This document shows positions 17,201 to 25,152 of a stretch of DNA of 33,494 nt, piece by piece. The position numbers and the translations under genes are program-made. Each line of letters starts with the position of its first letter. The first letter of the stretch is position 1. The notes under the pieces were generated by a model that saw nothing but the letters and a program-made list of their open reading frames with translations, ran no database searches and was not told the origin of the DNA. The stretch comes from a virus (taxonomy: Duplodnaviria > Caudoviricetes), in the IMG/VR virus record IMGVR_UViG_3300032288_003255, positions 1 through 33,494 of that record; one strand, given 5' to 3'.

Positions 17201-20200
17201 TTCTTGATTTCCTTGTTCATACCATATCCATCGAACTTTGCTTAGATCCCACCAAACTTCTCCCACGTGTTCTTCAGCCCAACTCATGTTTGGTTTCACT
17301 GTAACACTGTTTGTACCTAGATTGTAAACTGCTGGATCCCATTCAGTTTTGTAATTGATCTCTCTATCGGCTATACCTAATATTCTACCTTTGATAGGAT
17401 CAAAATAATCGATGTATGATTTGATCTTTTGTTCTGCTCGATCAAATATAAAAGCCGAATCTATCAATCTATCATCGATCAATGCCTCTTCTTGTTGTGA
17501 TACTTTCCAGCTGTATGATCCGTGTGTTGTTAAATCAAACACAGCAACCATACCATCATTTTCACGAGTAGAATCGTTAGAAAATTTCGAATCATCTCCA
17601 GGCGCTCCTACGAATATAGTATTATCAATTACCCATATAGCTCTACCAAAATCATCATTGGCCGACACATTATCAGTTATCAATTTGCCATCTAATATAA
17701 AATTATTATTGTATTTGGTTGCTGTGAAAACTCCTCCAGATCCTATATTGAGATCCACTATTTGCGTATCTTGCAAATCAAATGTGGTCAATCCACTATC
17801 AAATTTTACTGTGCGACTGTTTGCAAATTTTTCTGCTCCTATGACCAATCTGTCAGCGTCATGATTAATGTGTACTGTGGATCCGAACTGCATGTTGGTC
17901 GCAGTTTCCGGAGAATATATCGTTTGGTGTAGAGTATAAGTGTTGGTCGAACCGTCTATGTTCCATTTGTAAACGTAAACTGCACCAGCATCCGCTTGTG
18001 ATAAATTGTCTCTGCCCGGAGCGGAGATCACTAACGTCGTTCCATCTTTGCTCATGGACAAACTTTCTCCGAACGCTGTGTTCAGTGTACTGTCTCCGGC
18101 CGACACTCCCTTGAGCGTTTGCACATGAGTGAATCCTAATGTGGTGCTGTCACCAATAGTTGGACTATTCCTTACGAAGATTTCTACCATGCCAGCATCA
18201 TCGGGACTCACTGAAGACACTGCTAATATGTCACCGTTGTCGTTGATGGCCATCCTATGACCAAATTTTTTATTAATTCCTGCTTGGCTGCTGACCACAC
18301 TGTTGTCCTGTGTCCATGCGGCAAATGTGCTGTCTTCCACGGGAGTATATGTATATAGATAAACTATTCCAGTGTCGCTGGCGTATCCAGGGGCTCCAAC
18401 CAAAAGATATTTCTGTCTCACATTCCTATCACTGTCTATGGTTGGTTCTGCCAGTGCATGCGACCAACCAAAATTTATATTTGCCGACGAGCTGTCATCT
18501 GCTGGTTTTATGGTTGTGAATTCATCGTATGCTTTTGTTATAGGATTCCAAATGAATAATTTTATTAACCCACTGTTATTGCGTCTTGTGCTGCCATCCG
18601 ATGTCAAAATATTGGCATACGGTGCTCCCGCCACGATAAAATTTTCATCGGTGCTGATACTCAAACTATGACCTAGTCGACCGGTACCAGTGGTGCTGTC
18701 GCTCATAGTATAACTGTTTATAAGTGAAAATACCGATCCTGACTGATTGTCTCCTCTGCTGAAGAAATTTAAAGATCCTTGAGATGTTCCACCTCTGCTG
18801 CCAGGCGCTGAGATTGCAACAAATTTTCCATCGGATCTAGCAACTGTTTTATAACCAAACTCTTGATTGTCTTCTGTGTCTGGAGATCCTATTCTAAGAG
18901 TTACATAAGGATTAACTTTTTCATAAATTTTCCAATTCGATCCTACATTGTCCACAAAGATTTTGTCTCCAGGTAACTGATTAACAGTGTCTGCGATTTG
19001 ATATTCATTGTATGGTAGTACATTATTAACTGTGTCTAACGAAGACAATCTCACACTGATAAAACGGTATAAATTACCATATGTTGCCACTGTGGATTCG
19101 TCAGTAACTGTGAAAGATCTGCTGATTGTGGAAGCATTTGCAAAATTAACTAAAACAGAAGTTGCATCTACAATTTCTTTAACTTGATACACTTTGTTTA
19201 ATATAGGAAACTGACTGTTGTTTATGGCTATGTATTGGTCTACTATTAAGTTGTGTACTCCGTTGAATCCCAAAACGACCTGTGTGTTGTTGTTGATTGG
19301 TTTTATCGTTAGAATATTAAGTCCAGTATAAGTGATTCTCTGCACGTCCCAATCGTTGTTGGATTTTTTTGCTATCCATACTAAATCTTTGTTGTTGACC
19401 TCATTGATATTTAAATTTAATAGATCTGATTCATTGAATGCAGTGTGTTGTGTATCTGTGATTCTCACATAGCCTGCAGTTTTGTATTTTTGCACGAAAT
19501 CTCTATCATATCCTTGTTGAGCATAATCATATTGAGAGAATGTGTTTGAAGCTGTGTACTCTAATGGCTTAGAATAAAAATTATCGCTGGTTATAGACAG
19601 TGATCTTGTATAATCTTCAGTGTCATTGTCGTCATTTAATAATTCAATACTTTGAGAGTTACTTGTAAAATTATTATCTGATAGAATCAATTGTATTGAT
19701 TTGCTGCCGTCTAGATTTCCAAATTCTCCAACCTTTATCATCCATTCTGGATAAACTTTTAGATTGATATTCTCTCCGTAGAATTTGGCTTTGACCAATC
19801 TATCTATAGCATTCTGTGTACCTTTTTCTCTAATAAATCCTTGATAGAATTTGTATTGAGAAACATCATTTAAGAAAAGATTTTCTAGATATGGTCTAGA
19901 TTGATATCCTGTTAAATGCTGTGCTAATTTCTGTTGAGTTTCATCAAAATTATTGGTTTCCAAATTATAGAAATCATTGAACTGAGCAATTTTATAATCA
20001 AAGTTTGGTATCAATTGAGCAGATGGTTTAGATTTTTTCTTGGTCCATTTCTCAAAATCAAATTTTACACCAGAATTGTGATTCTGTTTGGCTACATAAA
20101 ATCCATTAGCATACTCTACTGTATTTCCTATTTGATAATCTGTGTTTGCTACCCATCTATCCACCTTGGCTTCATCAAACACGAATCCTGGAGAATAGTA

Positions 20201-23200
20201 ATCTCCGTTCCAATCACCGGTCTTCCATCCCACTAGTTTTAATCTCTGCTGACGGAATCCTGTAACCAGTTCAAATATTATGTCGGAGAACACTGTGATG
20301 TTATCAAAAAGTACAATCTGTTCTTTTTGCACAGCATTCATTGAAATATTATAGATACCTTCTTCGGTATTTTTTATAGCAATAGAAAATTTATTGCCAA
20401 TACGTTTGGTTGAAATATATTGAGTTTCTATAGCTCGACCAGCAGAATCTAAAACTGAGTATTGTCCTAATGAATTTTGAAATTTGCTGATAACACTGTT
20501 ACTGGTTTTTAAAACAAATCCCTCAGCACCTGGACTCAATGTTATAGCTGATCCTGGTGCCCATCCTTGCCTAGTCCAATATAAGAATTCTTTAGCTGAA
20601 GTTTCCCAGTTGTTTATTTCTCTTATTTCATTGCTGAATTTGTCAAATATAAATCCTTGAGATTCTAGATATTTTCCATAGCCTACCAAGAAATTAATCA
20701 CCTGTTGTGTGGTGTTAAACACAGTGCCATAAGGAACGATAGTTTCATTTTCACTCCAATCATTATAGATGATTGCACTGCTGTTTCCGATAGAAATTGA
20801 ATGAGCATTATTATTCTCTATAGGTTTTCGAATTCTAAAATAAGGTTTAATTGTGTTATATCCAATAACTTTGTAGCCTCCTTCAAGAGTGCTACCATCG
20901 CTAGTAACATTGGAATTCAATTCAACTAATACTCCCGAATAATCATAATCTCTAACAGGATTACTGATTCTAAATAAAACTTTATAGTTTTCGTCAGGAA
21001 TAAATTGAGATCCTGACGTAGAGCCTGGACTCACACTGTCTGTTAAAATTTTTAAATTTTGTTTATCTGTAAATCCTCCCAGTTTATATGCTAATTGCAC
21101 ATTGAGATTTTTCATTTTATCATAAAAGAATATGGCAGGATCTAATCCATTTTTAATCAAATAGTTGACAATAAACGGCTGATATCCAGCTGTGATATTT
21201 GGTGTGGATCCGCTGGTTGTTTCTAAATAGTATGTGGTTGATTCTAAAGTTGGTGCTACTTGTGTTTCAGTATTAACATAATTTCCTGCTACATTTTTTC
21301 TTAATCTACTATTGTCTAAAAAATATCCAAAGAATTTGGCTGGTTTAGTTAATGCTAATAATTTGATTACGCTGAAAGGATATTGACTGCTTCTGCGCCA
21401 TGCTGTTTCACTAGGACCTTGATCTCCGAACTTCCAACGTTCGTTGATTCCAAGATTTTGATATTGATCTATTAAACCAATAGCGATGGGCGATTTTAAA
21501 TTACCAGTATCATCCACTGGAATATAGTTTAATAGTCCAGGTCTCTTGTATTTGTTTACAGTTTCTTCTAATCCTGTGTCATAACCCGCTGCTAGGTCAT
21601 TCCATAATAATTCATTACCCGAAGTATAAGGTGCTGGACCATAGGTGTCTACCCACCAAGACGGTCGTTCACTGTGACCCAACATTTCCCATGGATGAGT
21701 GTGTGGTCTATCTGTGTCATAGAAATATTTGTATATGCCTCTCCAGTATCCAGGTAACTTCTCACCGTTTATGATATTTTTATTCTTGCTGTAATTAAAA
21801 GTAAAATAATCATTTTCATCGTAGTTTAAATTGTTTTGATATTCTATACCATTCTGTCCTGCCCAGGCGTAAAAATCTAAGCTCAATATGTTATCAATTT
21901 CGCTGTTGTTATATTCTGTGGTTCTAAATACTCCTGGTCTTACATCATCTTCAGATAATAACTCCGAATTGAATGCTGTTTTACAATTGTTGTAAATTCT
22001 TTTTTCTAACTCTAATAAAAGATCATCTCGATAATCTCCAAAAGCAACAGTTCTGCTGCCATCGTGTCCTATGATAACATCCACAGGTGTTCTATAGGTA
22101 TTATCAGTAATTTTTTCAGGTTTGAATTTTGGATATATTCCTAATTTTGTTGGTGTTGACGGAACAAAACTGCCTGCAGTATTTGCATAATCTTTGATTG
22201 TTATTCTATCTCCGGCAGCTAAAGTGGCTGTTATAGTTACACCATCTGATTCGGTGCTAAAATTATAGTCATATCCCAACAGTAATATTTGATCATTGAG
22301 GTATACATATACTGCTCTTCTGCTAGTGGTGGTTACATCAAATTGTGAATCAATCGCATACTCTGTTTCTTCTGAGTCTTGCACTGTGTAATTTCTCACC
22401 GTGAGATTTTCTCCATGTCCCATCATGTCATCATAATAGAAAGGAAAACTTGCATTCTTATTATTAGAAATATTTTTAATTATTTCGTCTACCCTATTCA
22501 AAATTAAACCTTCATGCGATGATCCTTGTGTGTTAGCTAGAAACGTTTCTTTAAATTTTTGATATTCATTATTACAGTATTCTATCGATTTGATAACATT
22601 GGCATTTTGATCTATCAATAAAAACATAGCCTGCGGTAGAGCAGCACTGTGTTGAATTATAGTACCTCCCTCTAATCTTACATTGCCTATATCTCTTAGA
22701 TTACTACTGCCAGGAGTATCACCTATCATCTCAACATTTTTTTCATTGATGTCGTGTACATGATTTAATATCTGTCCATATGTAAAATCAGACAGTTGTG
22801 CATTGAACGGATTTACTGATATGTTTTCAGATACTTCATATATACCTTTACTTGGAATTTTTTTTGCTGAACTGTAACAACTTAATTTAATTAAATCGTT
22901 TACATTTAAGTCTTTGGCAAATTTTACATATTTGTAGGTCAATCCGTCTACCAGAGTGTAATCTGTGCCTAAATTTTGAGTGATATGATTCACATCCACT
23001 GTTACAGATAAATCAGATAACGATTTACTGTTTTCAAAAACATCTACAGGAAATAGCTTTAATTCATCTCTAGTCACTGTAAATAGTCTTGTAACTCGCT
23101 GTCTACTCTCTTCTTTCCTCTCTATCCATCCGCATCTGCTGACATGATTGTCTCTAGAAAGAATTTGATGTGCATGTCCTGTGTTAAAATTTTTTGTGTA

Positions 23201-25150
23201 AGATTTATCATCGATATTGTATTGAAAAGATCCTGTGGCAAAATCAGAAGTGAAAACAATATCACCTACATTTTTTATTGTGTTATACTTTATTTGTAAT
23301 CCTAATATAGGATCTTCTGTAGCCATTGAACTAATTTTGTATTCAAATAGTTTGGATCCTGTAAAAGTAGAATTTGGGTACACATTATCGTCGTCAAATG
23401 CTTTATGATTTTCATCAAACAATGTGAACAATGGTGGTTGATTAACATCTATTTTAGATTGTCCTTCTATCCATGCTCTTTCAACGGTGCTGTAATAGAA
23501 AGTTTTTGATTGATTGATTGCTCCTAATTCAACTGTTACTGCATCTCCATCTAATGGCAGAGCATCCGAATCTTCTGTTAGTCTCAGTGTGGTTACTTCT
23601 GCTCCTGCCACACTGACAAAATTAACCAAATAAATTCTGTTATTAATTAAAGGATCTGTGTCTCCGGTAACTAGCAGTCTCATGCCATCCACTAGGGGCA
23701 CTCCGTCCACAATGTATCCTGTTTGATTAACCATTCTTGAAAAGACATCCGTGGTCACTGTGTCTATCAAGGTCACTGATTTCTTGGCAGTGGTTCCGTG
23801 ATTGAATAAAGATAATCCAGAATCAAATTCTATAATGGGCCGTTTGGCTCTGTCTGTTTCTAACAGTACAGGTGTGTATCCATTCGCGACAGCAGTAGCT
23901 TCTATCACTGCTCTATGGAACCATCTGTTGTATCTGCTCCAAGCATTGCCATCGATGCTGTCTCTCTTGATCGTGATGTAATCGGGTGTTACTGGTCTAT
24001 AAAAACTGATTGAGTAGGGTCTGTCAGCATAGGGTACACCATCATATGGTTCTGTAGATTCTTCAGTGTATGATCCTGTCACAATTAAGTTTGCTGTGTC
24101 TGTTAATGTAATTGATGATCCTACGCCTTCAACATAAAATTCTTTGTTGGCATAGGCGGAATTAGCAACGTTGTTCTCAAATCTCACTTTCATTCCGTTT
24201 GATAATTTGATTCCTGTTTTTAGGGTGTAGTTTTTTGTTCCTATGATTTCGTGTTCAACATCTATTTTGGTTGCTTCACTTATAGTTCTAATCGTGAATA
24301 TACCCTGCATGCTCTGATGATTTCCGCATTGATAGTATAGAACATCAGGAGCACCTGTGGGCACGGTAAAAGTTAATGTGCCTTTCTCTGTGCCGTTGCC
24401 TGACACTCCTGTGCTGTATATCACCGATGTACTGCCATCTTCTGCTATACCAGTTTTAAATGGTTCTGTCATTATGTAGAAAGGATGACCGTGTGTGTCT
24501 AAAATAAACTTATAGGTATTGCCTCTAGATAGAGTGATCGATGGATTGTTTATTCCTGGATATATTCCAAAATTATAGGCAGATTGTCCAGTGTGTGTTA
24601 CTGTAATTTCAGACACTGTGTTGGTTCCGTTATTGGCTATTAATATGGGATTTGGTCCTTCTGGCAACCAATAATATTCTCTGTAATTTATTAACTTGTC
24701 AAAATCTATAGCTGGATCCCAAGAATAAACTTTTTCTTTGTTAAGTCTATCATGATTACTTACATTACCGCCAAAGAATTTTATTTGATTGATATAATCA
24801 TCATAGGTAGCAGTAAACTTTACTTGATCTTCTGGATTGATTGAAGAAGTATCTTTGTCTGTGTAGGTTACAGTGGGCTCTAACTGATAACTGTCTCTGT
24901 CTTCAATACCAGATTCGATAAATTTATCTGTGATTAATCTAGTGTAAGAATCTCTTCTACCAATATACCCATCTAGTCTAACCAAACTGCCTGGTTGGAT
25001 TAATTGATCTAGTGTAGAACTTAAGAATCGTTCGTTGACGTCTGTTCTATAAAAAGTGGGTAGATGTGCAACTGATCTTCGAAGGGTTACACCATTTTCA
25101 TCAGTAACCACATCATAGTTTGATTGGCTGTCTAGAGGTCTGTCCGCCAT
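11207..25150 (-). CDS. Giant multidomain baseplate/virion protein (4647 aa), in the position of a gp7-like wedge protein
   Basis: Uninterrupted 13.9-kb ORF directly after gp6. Contains a cupredoxin-like module, two CBM5/12-like modules, seven FG-GAP-like repeats, GGSGY...P.V repeats, GDG(S/T)T repeats and three tandem ~100-aa domains. Confidence 0.85.
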   Translation of the reverse strand: MADRPLDSQSNYDVVTDENGVTLRRSVAHLPTFYRTDVNERFLSSTLDQLIQPGSLVRLDGYIGRRDSYTRLITDKFIESGIEDRDSYQLEPTVTYTDKDTSSINPEDQVKFTATYDDYINQIKFFGGNVSNHDRLNKEKVYSWDPAIDFDKLINYREYYWLPEGPNPILIANNGTNTVSEITVTHTGQSAYNFGIYPGINNPSITLSRGNTYKFILDTHGHPFYIMTEPFKTGIAEDGSTSVIYSTGVSGNGTEKGTLTFTVPTGAPDVLYYQCGNHQSMQGIFTIRTISEATKIDVEHEIIGTKNYTLKTGIKLSNGMKVRFENNVANSAYANKEFYVEGVGSSITLTDTANLIVTGSYTEESTEPYDGVPYADRPYSISFYRPVTPDYITIKRDSIDGNAWSRYNRWFHRAVIEATAVANGYTPVLLETDRAKRPIIEFDSGLSLFNHGTTAKKSVTLIDTVTTDVFSRMVNQTGYIVDGVPLVDGMRLLVTGDTDPLINNRIYLVNFVSVAGAEVTTLRLTEDSDALPLDGDAVTVELGAINQSKTFYYSTVERAWIEGQSKIDVNQPPLFTLFDENHKAFDDDNVYPNSTFTGSKLFEYKISSMATEDPILGLQIKYNTIKNVGDIVFTSDFATGSFQYNIDDKSYTKNFNTGHAHQILSRDNHVSRCGWIERKEESRQRVTRLFTVTRDELKLFPVDVFENSKSLSDLSVTVDVNHITQNLGTDYTLVDGLTYKYVKFAKDLNVNDLIKLSCYSSAKKIPSKGIYEVSENISVNPFNAQLSDFTYGQILNHVHDINEKNVEMIGDTPGSSNLRDIGNVRLEGGTIIQHSAALPQAMFLLIDQNANVIKSIEYCNNEYQKFKETFLANTQGSSHEGLILNRVDEIIKNISNNKNASFPFYYDDMMGHGENLTVRNYTVQDSEETEYAIDSQFDVTTTSRRAVYVYLNDQILLLGYDYNFSTESDGVTITATLAAGDRITIKDYANTAGSFVPSTPTKLGIYPKFKPEKITDNTYRTPVDVIIGHDGSRTVAFGDYRDDLLLELEKRIYNNCKTAFNSELLSEDDVRPGVFRTTEYNNSEIDNILSLDFYAWAGQNGIEYQNNLNYDENDYFTFNYSKNKNIINGEKLPGYWRGIYKYFYDTDRPHTHPWEMLGHSERPSWWVDTYGPAPYTSGNELLWNDLAAGYDTGLEETVNKYKRPGLLNYIPVDDTGNLKSPIAIGLIDQYQNLGINERWKFGDQGPSETAWRRSSQYPFSVIKLLALTKPAKFFGYFLDNSRLRKNVAGNYVNTETQVAPTLESTTYYLETTSGSTPNITAGYQPFIVNYLIKNGLDPAIFFYDKMKNLNVQLAYKLGGFTDKQNLKILTDSVSPGSTSGSQFIPDENYKVLFRISNPVRDYDYSGVLVELNSNVTSDGSTLEGGYKVIGYNTIKPYFRIRKPIENNNAHSISIGNSSAIIYNDWSENETIVPYGTVFNTTQQVINFLVGYGKYLESQGFIFDKFSNEIREINNWETSAKEFLYWTRQGWAPGSAITLSPGAEGFVLKTSNSVISKFQNSLGQYSVLDSAGRAIETQYISTKRIGNKFSIAIKNTEEGIYNISMNAVQKEQIVLFDNITVFSDIIFELVTGFRQQRLKLVGWKTGDWNGDYYSPGFVFDEAKVDRWVANTDYQIGNTVEYANGFYVAKQNHNSGVKFDFEKWTKKKSKPSAQLIPNFDYKIAQFNDFYNLETNNFDETQQKLAQHLTGYQSRPYLENLFLNDVSQYKFYQGFIREKGTQNAIDRLVKAKFYGENINLKVYPEWMIKVGEFGNLDGSKSIQLILSDNNFTSNSQSIELLNDDNDTEDYTRSLSITSDNFYSKPLEYTASNTFSQYDYAQQGYDRDFVQKYKTAGYVRITDTQHTAFNESDLLNLNINEVNNKDLVWIAKKSNNDWDVQRITYTGLNILTIKPINNNTQVVLGFNGVHNLIVDQYIAINNSQFPILNKVYQVKEIVDATSVLVNFANASTISRSFTVTDESTVATYGNLYRFISVRLSSLDTVNNVLPYNEYQIADTVNQLPGDKIFVDNVGSNWKIYEKVNPYVTLRIGSPDTEDNQEFGYKTVARSDGKFVAISAPGSRGGTSQGSLNFFSRGDNQSGSVFSLINSYTMSDSTTGTGRLGHSLSISTDENFIVAGAPYANILTSDGSTRRNNSGLIKLFIWNPITKAYDEFTTIKPADDSSSANINFGWSHALAEPTIDSDRNVRQKYLLVGAPGYASDTGIVYLYTYTPVEDSTFAAWTQDNSVVSSQAGINKKFGHRMAINDNGDILAVSSVSPDDAGMVEIFVRNSPTIGDSTTLGFTHVQTLKGVSAGDSTLNTAFGESLSMSKDGTTLVISAPGRDNLSQADAGAVYVYKWNIDGSTNTYTLHQTIYSPETATNMQFGSTVHINHDADRLVIGAEKFANSRTVKFDSGLTTFDLQDTQIVDLNIGSGGVFTATKYNNNFILDGKLITDNVSANDDFGRAIWVIDNTIFVGAPGDDSKFSNDSTRENDGMVAVFDLTTHGSYSWKVSQQEEALIDDRLIDSAFIFDRAEQKIKSYIDYFDPIKGRILGIADREINYKTEWDPAVYNLGTNSVTVKPNMSWAEEHVGEVWWDLSKVRWIWYEQGNQEYRTKNWGKLFPGSTVDVYEWIETTLLPSEWNQLADTAVGLSQKISGQPLYPDNTVFTVRQKYDSRLDGFVNYYYYWIKNSVFLPNSAKSVNTRNNTTGYISNIISNPKGSGIRHFAVSDTNKLIVFNIKNDIINDNTVLNVTYKDTVEEGDVHYVWKLIKEGDKDDAPNAQIERKWWDSLIGSDEAGNEVPDISLPLNQRYGNKIRPRQSWYVDRFDALKEIIDYTNSILAKNQLANNIRYNNLNSSEPEPTAISGEWDSTVETYDDLTYIDTRDISGTTNVLVKNDQTFSRGFWAIYNWNGSEWIRTKLQTYKTSAYYSVVDWYDVSFDANAAIEKQLNYQYELDALTLENGKYVKVLTADTGGWKIFESTTDGFKNIATQNGTIQLKTSLYDYSIDNTGFDGQDAFDVNFFDTEPKLELRKIFTAIRDDLFIGDLKIEYNNIFFIGLRKVLEQQKYVDWLTKTAFINVSNTLRELDQRKSYRVTTEDYVEEYINEVKPYHTKIREYRLGYTGLDTEDGIYTDFDLPAFYDGDEIRNVDIENDATVLSTYPYRFWRDNYKKYVDTITVIDGGSGYITAPTVTLVGGTTKTVGPFTVLGTSTQGTSSGQFGYFYPLYTAQVDANLADSQAGGTGTSELFKFGEFSSVDFYMPTTGQNVAITDRPEGYEVYTLSDVTQATARAVIKEGAVSRIVVLTPGKNYTSTPSVIITGGGANGNTPADSARAYANLRNDLVRDISTTIKFDRVQSTATVLAWTSNTTYAFNDLIRYDNKLYKVIATYTSKETFDEGLTNLLALRGDEPYITAAERTLGLYTPAAGMPGNELSQVMTGVDYGGVMVTGLAFDDGQGWDRAPWYDLPWDGFGLSRVKVFYGDGTTINFTFDFAPLPTDVYTVYFTDISDSSALYPAATANVNRVRQRTQVLRGDGTTKTFTIVGDDGNPASANTVIELIPFDDDGVLTPTDDKTLDSLISGGLFKSALGVSPTDIIVEGDTFITPETSYAPEENLPGSIFDTVDIRVYTAPTSGVPFIIVKNYIGDGSTTIFSIGQLAGTQASVVVSLDGATQTLNSEYTVDIQNKTVTFVSAPVLDSKISIKSFAISGSNYMVLDTFVGDGSTYSFTTKSRETYQLDSSLSQLLVTVDGIPTTDYSYTVSGRNIIVNLHTGDGSSANPPAAGTSIQIASFNQSPGSGRAYAEIRSQEIVYDGSTSDYTLSYPPGSIGPYSSLTLLEHQGKILRGPDNTYYLGDGTSNTFSFAGYAGSTEDDSTSTGYVDVKSGEKDGIINTPITIDSWLQTEYESAWYMAITRDEVSGELATAKYSLVYNLGDAFVSTSSITQTGIAEHITVDASVTGGIISLLGTGASALNSISWYRIGLGVNTVDTTGSQIVKISLPFIDTTPVALEAPGWDKNIHRGAKYFISVETISAPIERSNIEVLLVHNGTNAYVTSYNVVNAGPSDLVTISADIVADKVRLLIASNSRDCRVRAYRILLRDGDVGDGSNFVGNTIISSSETTIDTFQTSEYIGAHYLVTAYNASEGSASMSEVTLVAGGGAVYTNTAPHLSTKGSDHVSFTGSIAGNVVSFKASATSGSGTIVSVYRFGLLRNPGGAPIDPSRVRVYLNGIKKDQYSDYLVNIDAKSITFNIAPSSSDLIAISTLVGTHYFDKNDQIVLQPDNMSIDGITLAQGDIITATTFNNAVGMNQRREEFKGNDSGEFYLFQTPLNNDYVFVWLNGENLVQGFDWILTGNKITITRSTVTNDRIDVMYFVTEGNNFSTGFRIFKDMLNRTFYKRISQTNTTTLAADLLLNDKTITVVDGSVLKSTDGSTLLPGVIFIDNERIEYLYKDGNVLSNIRRGTLGTAIKNHTAGAEVVDASGQQTVPYADTIYTKKHIADGSTTAFISSQSVSSPYEVDVFVGGRRLPYLNEDSSTNYTVNTWDGSSANVILSEQPAAGVEVKIIQKRGQIWYNRGETTAADGKGLGKSNTAQAKFIAGEPTNAPE
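12400..13357 (-). repeat. Three tandem ~100-aa protein domains inside the giant protein
   Basis: TIDSW..EYESAWY / APGWDKNIHRGAKY / TIDTF..EYIGAHY; the units end WYRIGL / AYRILL / VYRFGL. Similarity is at protein level only. Confidence 0.7.
17530..18880 (-). repeat. Seven FG-GAP-like repeats (integrin-alpha-type beta-propeller)
   Basis: EFGY..ISAPG, RLGH..AGAPY, NFGW..VGAPG, KFGH..AVSS, AFGE..ISAPG, QFGS..IGAE, DFGR..VGAPG; most are followed by G-x-(V/I/L)-x-(V/L/I/F)-(Y/F). Confidence 0.85.
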
Positions 25151-25152
25151 TA

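Noticed and set aside
11380-24445. Recurring DNA word GTGCTG(C/T)C as a Chi-like or protein-binding motif
   Set aside because: The occurrences I checked are mostly in one frame and encode (D/G)-S-T, so the signal is better explained at protein level.
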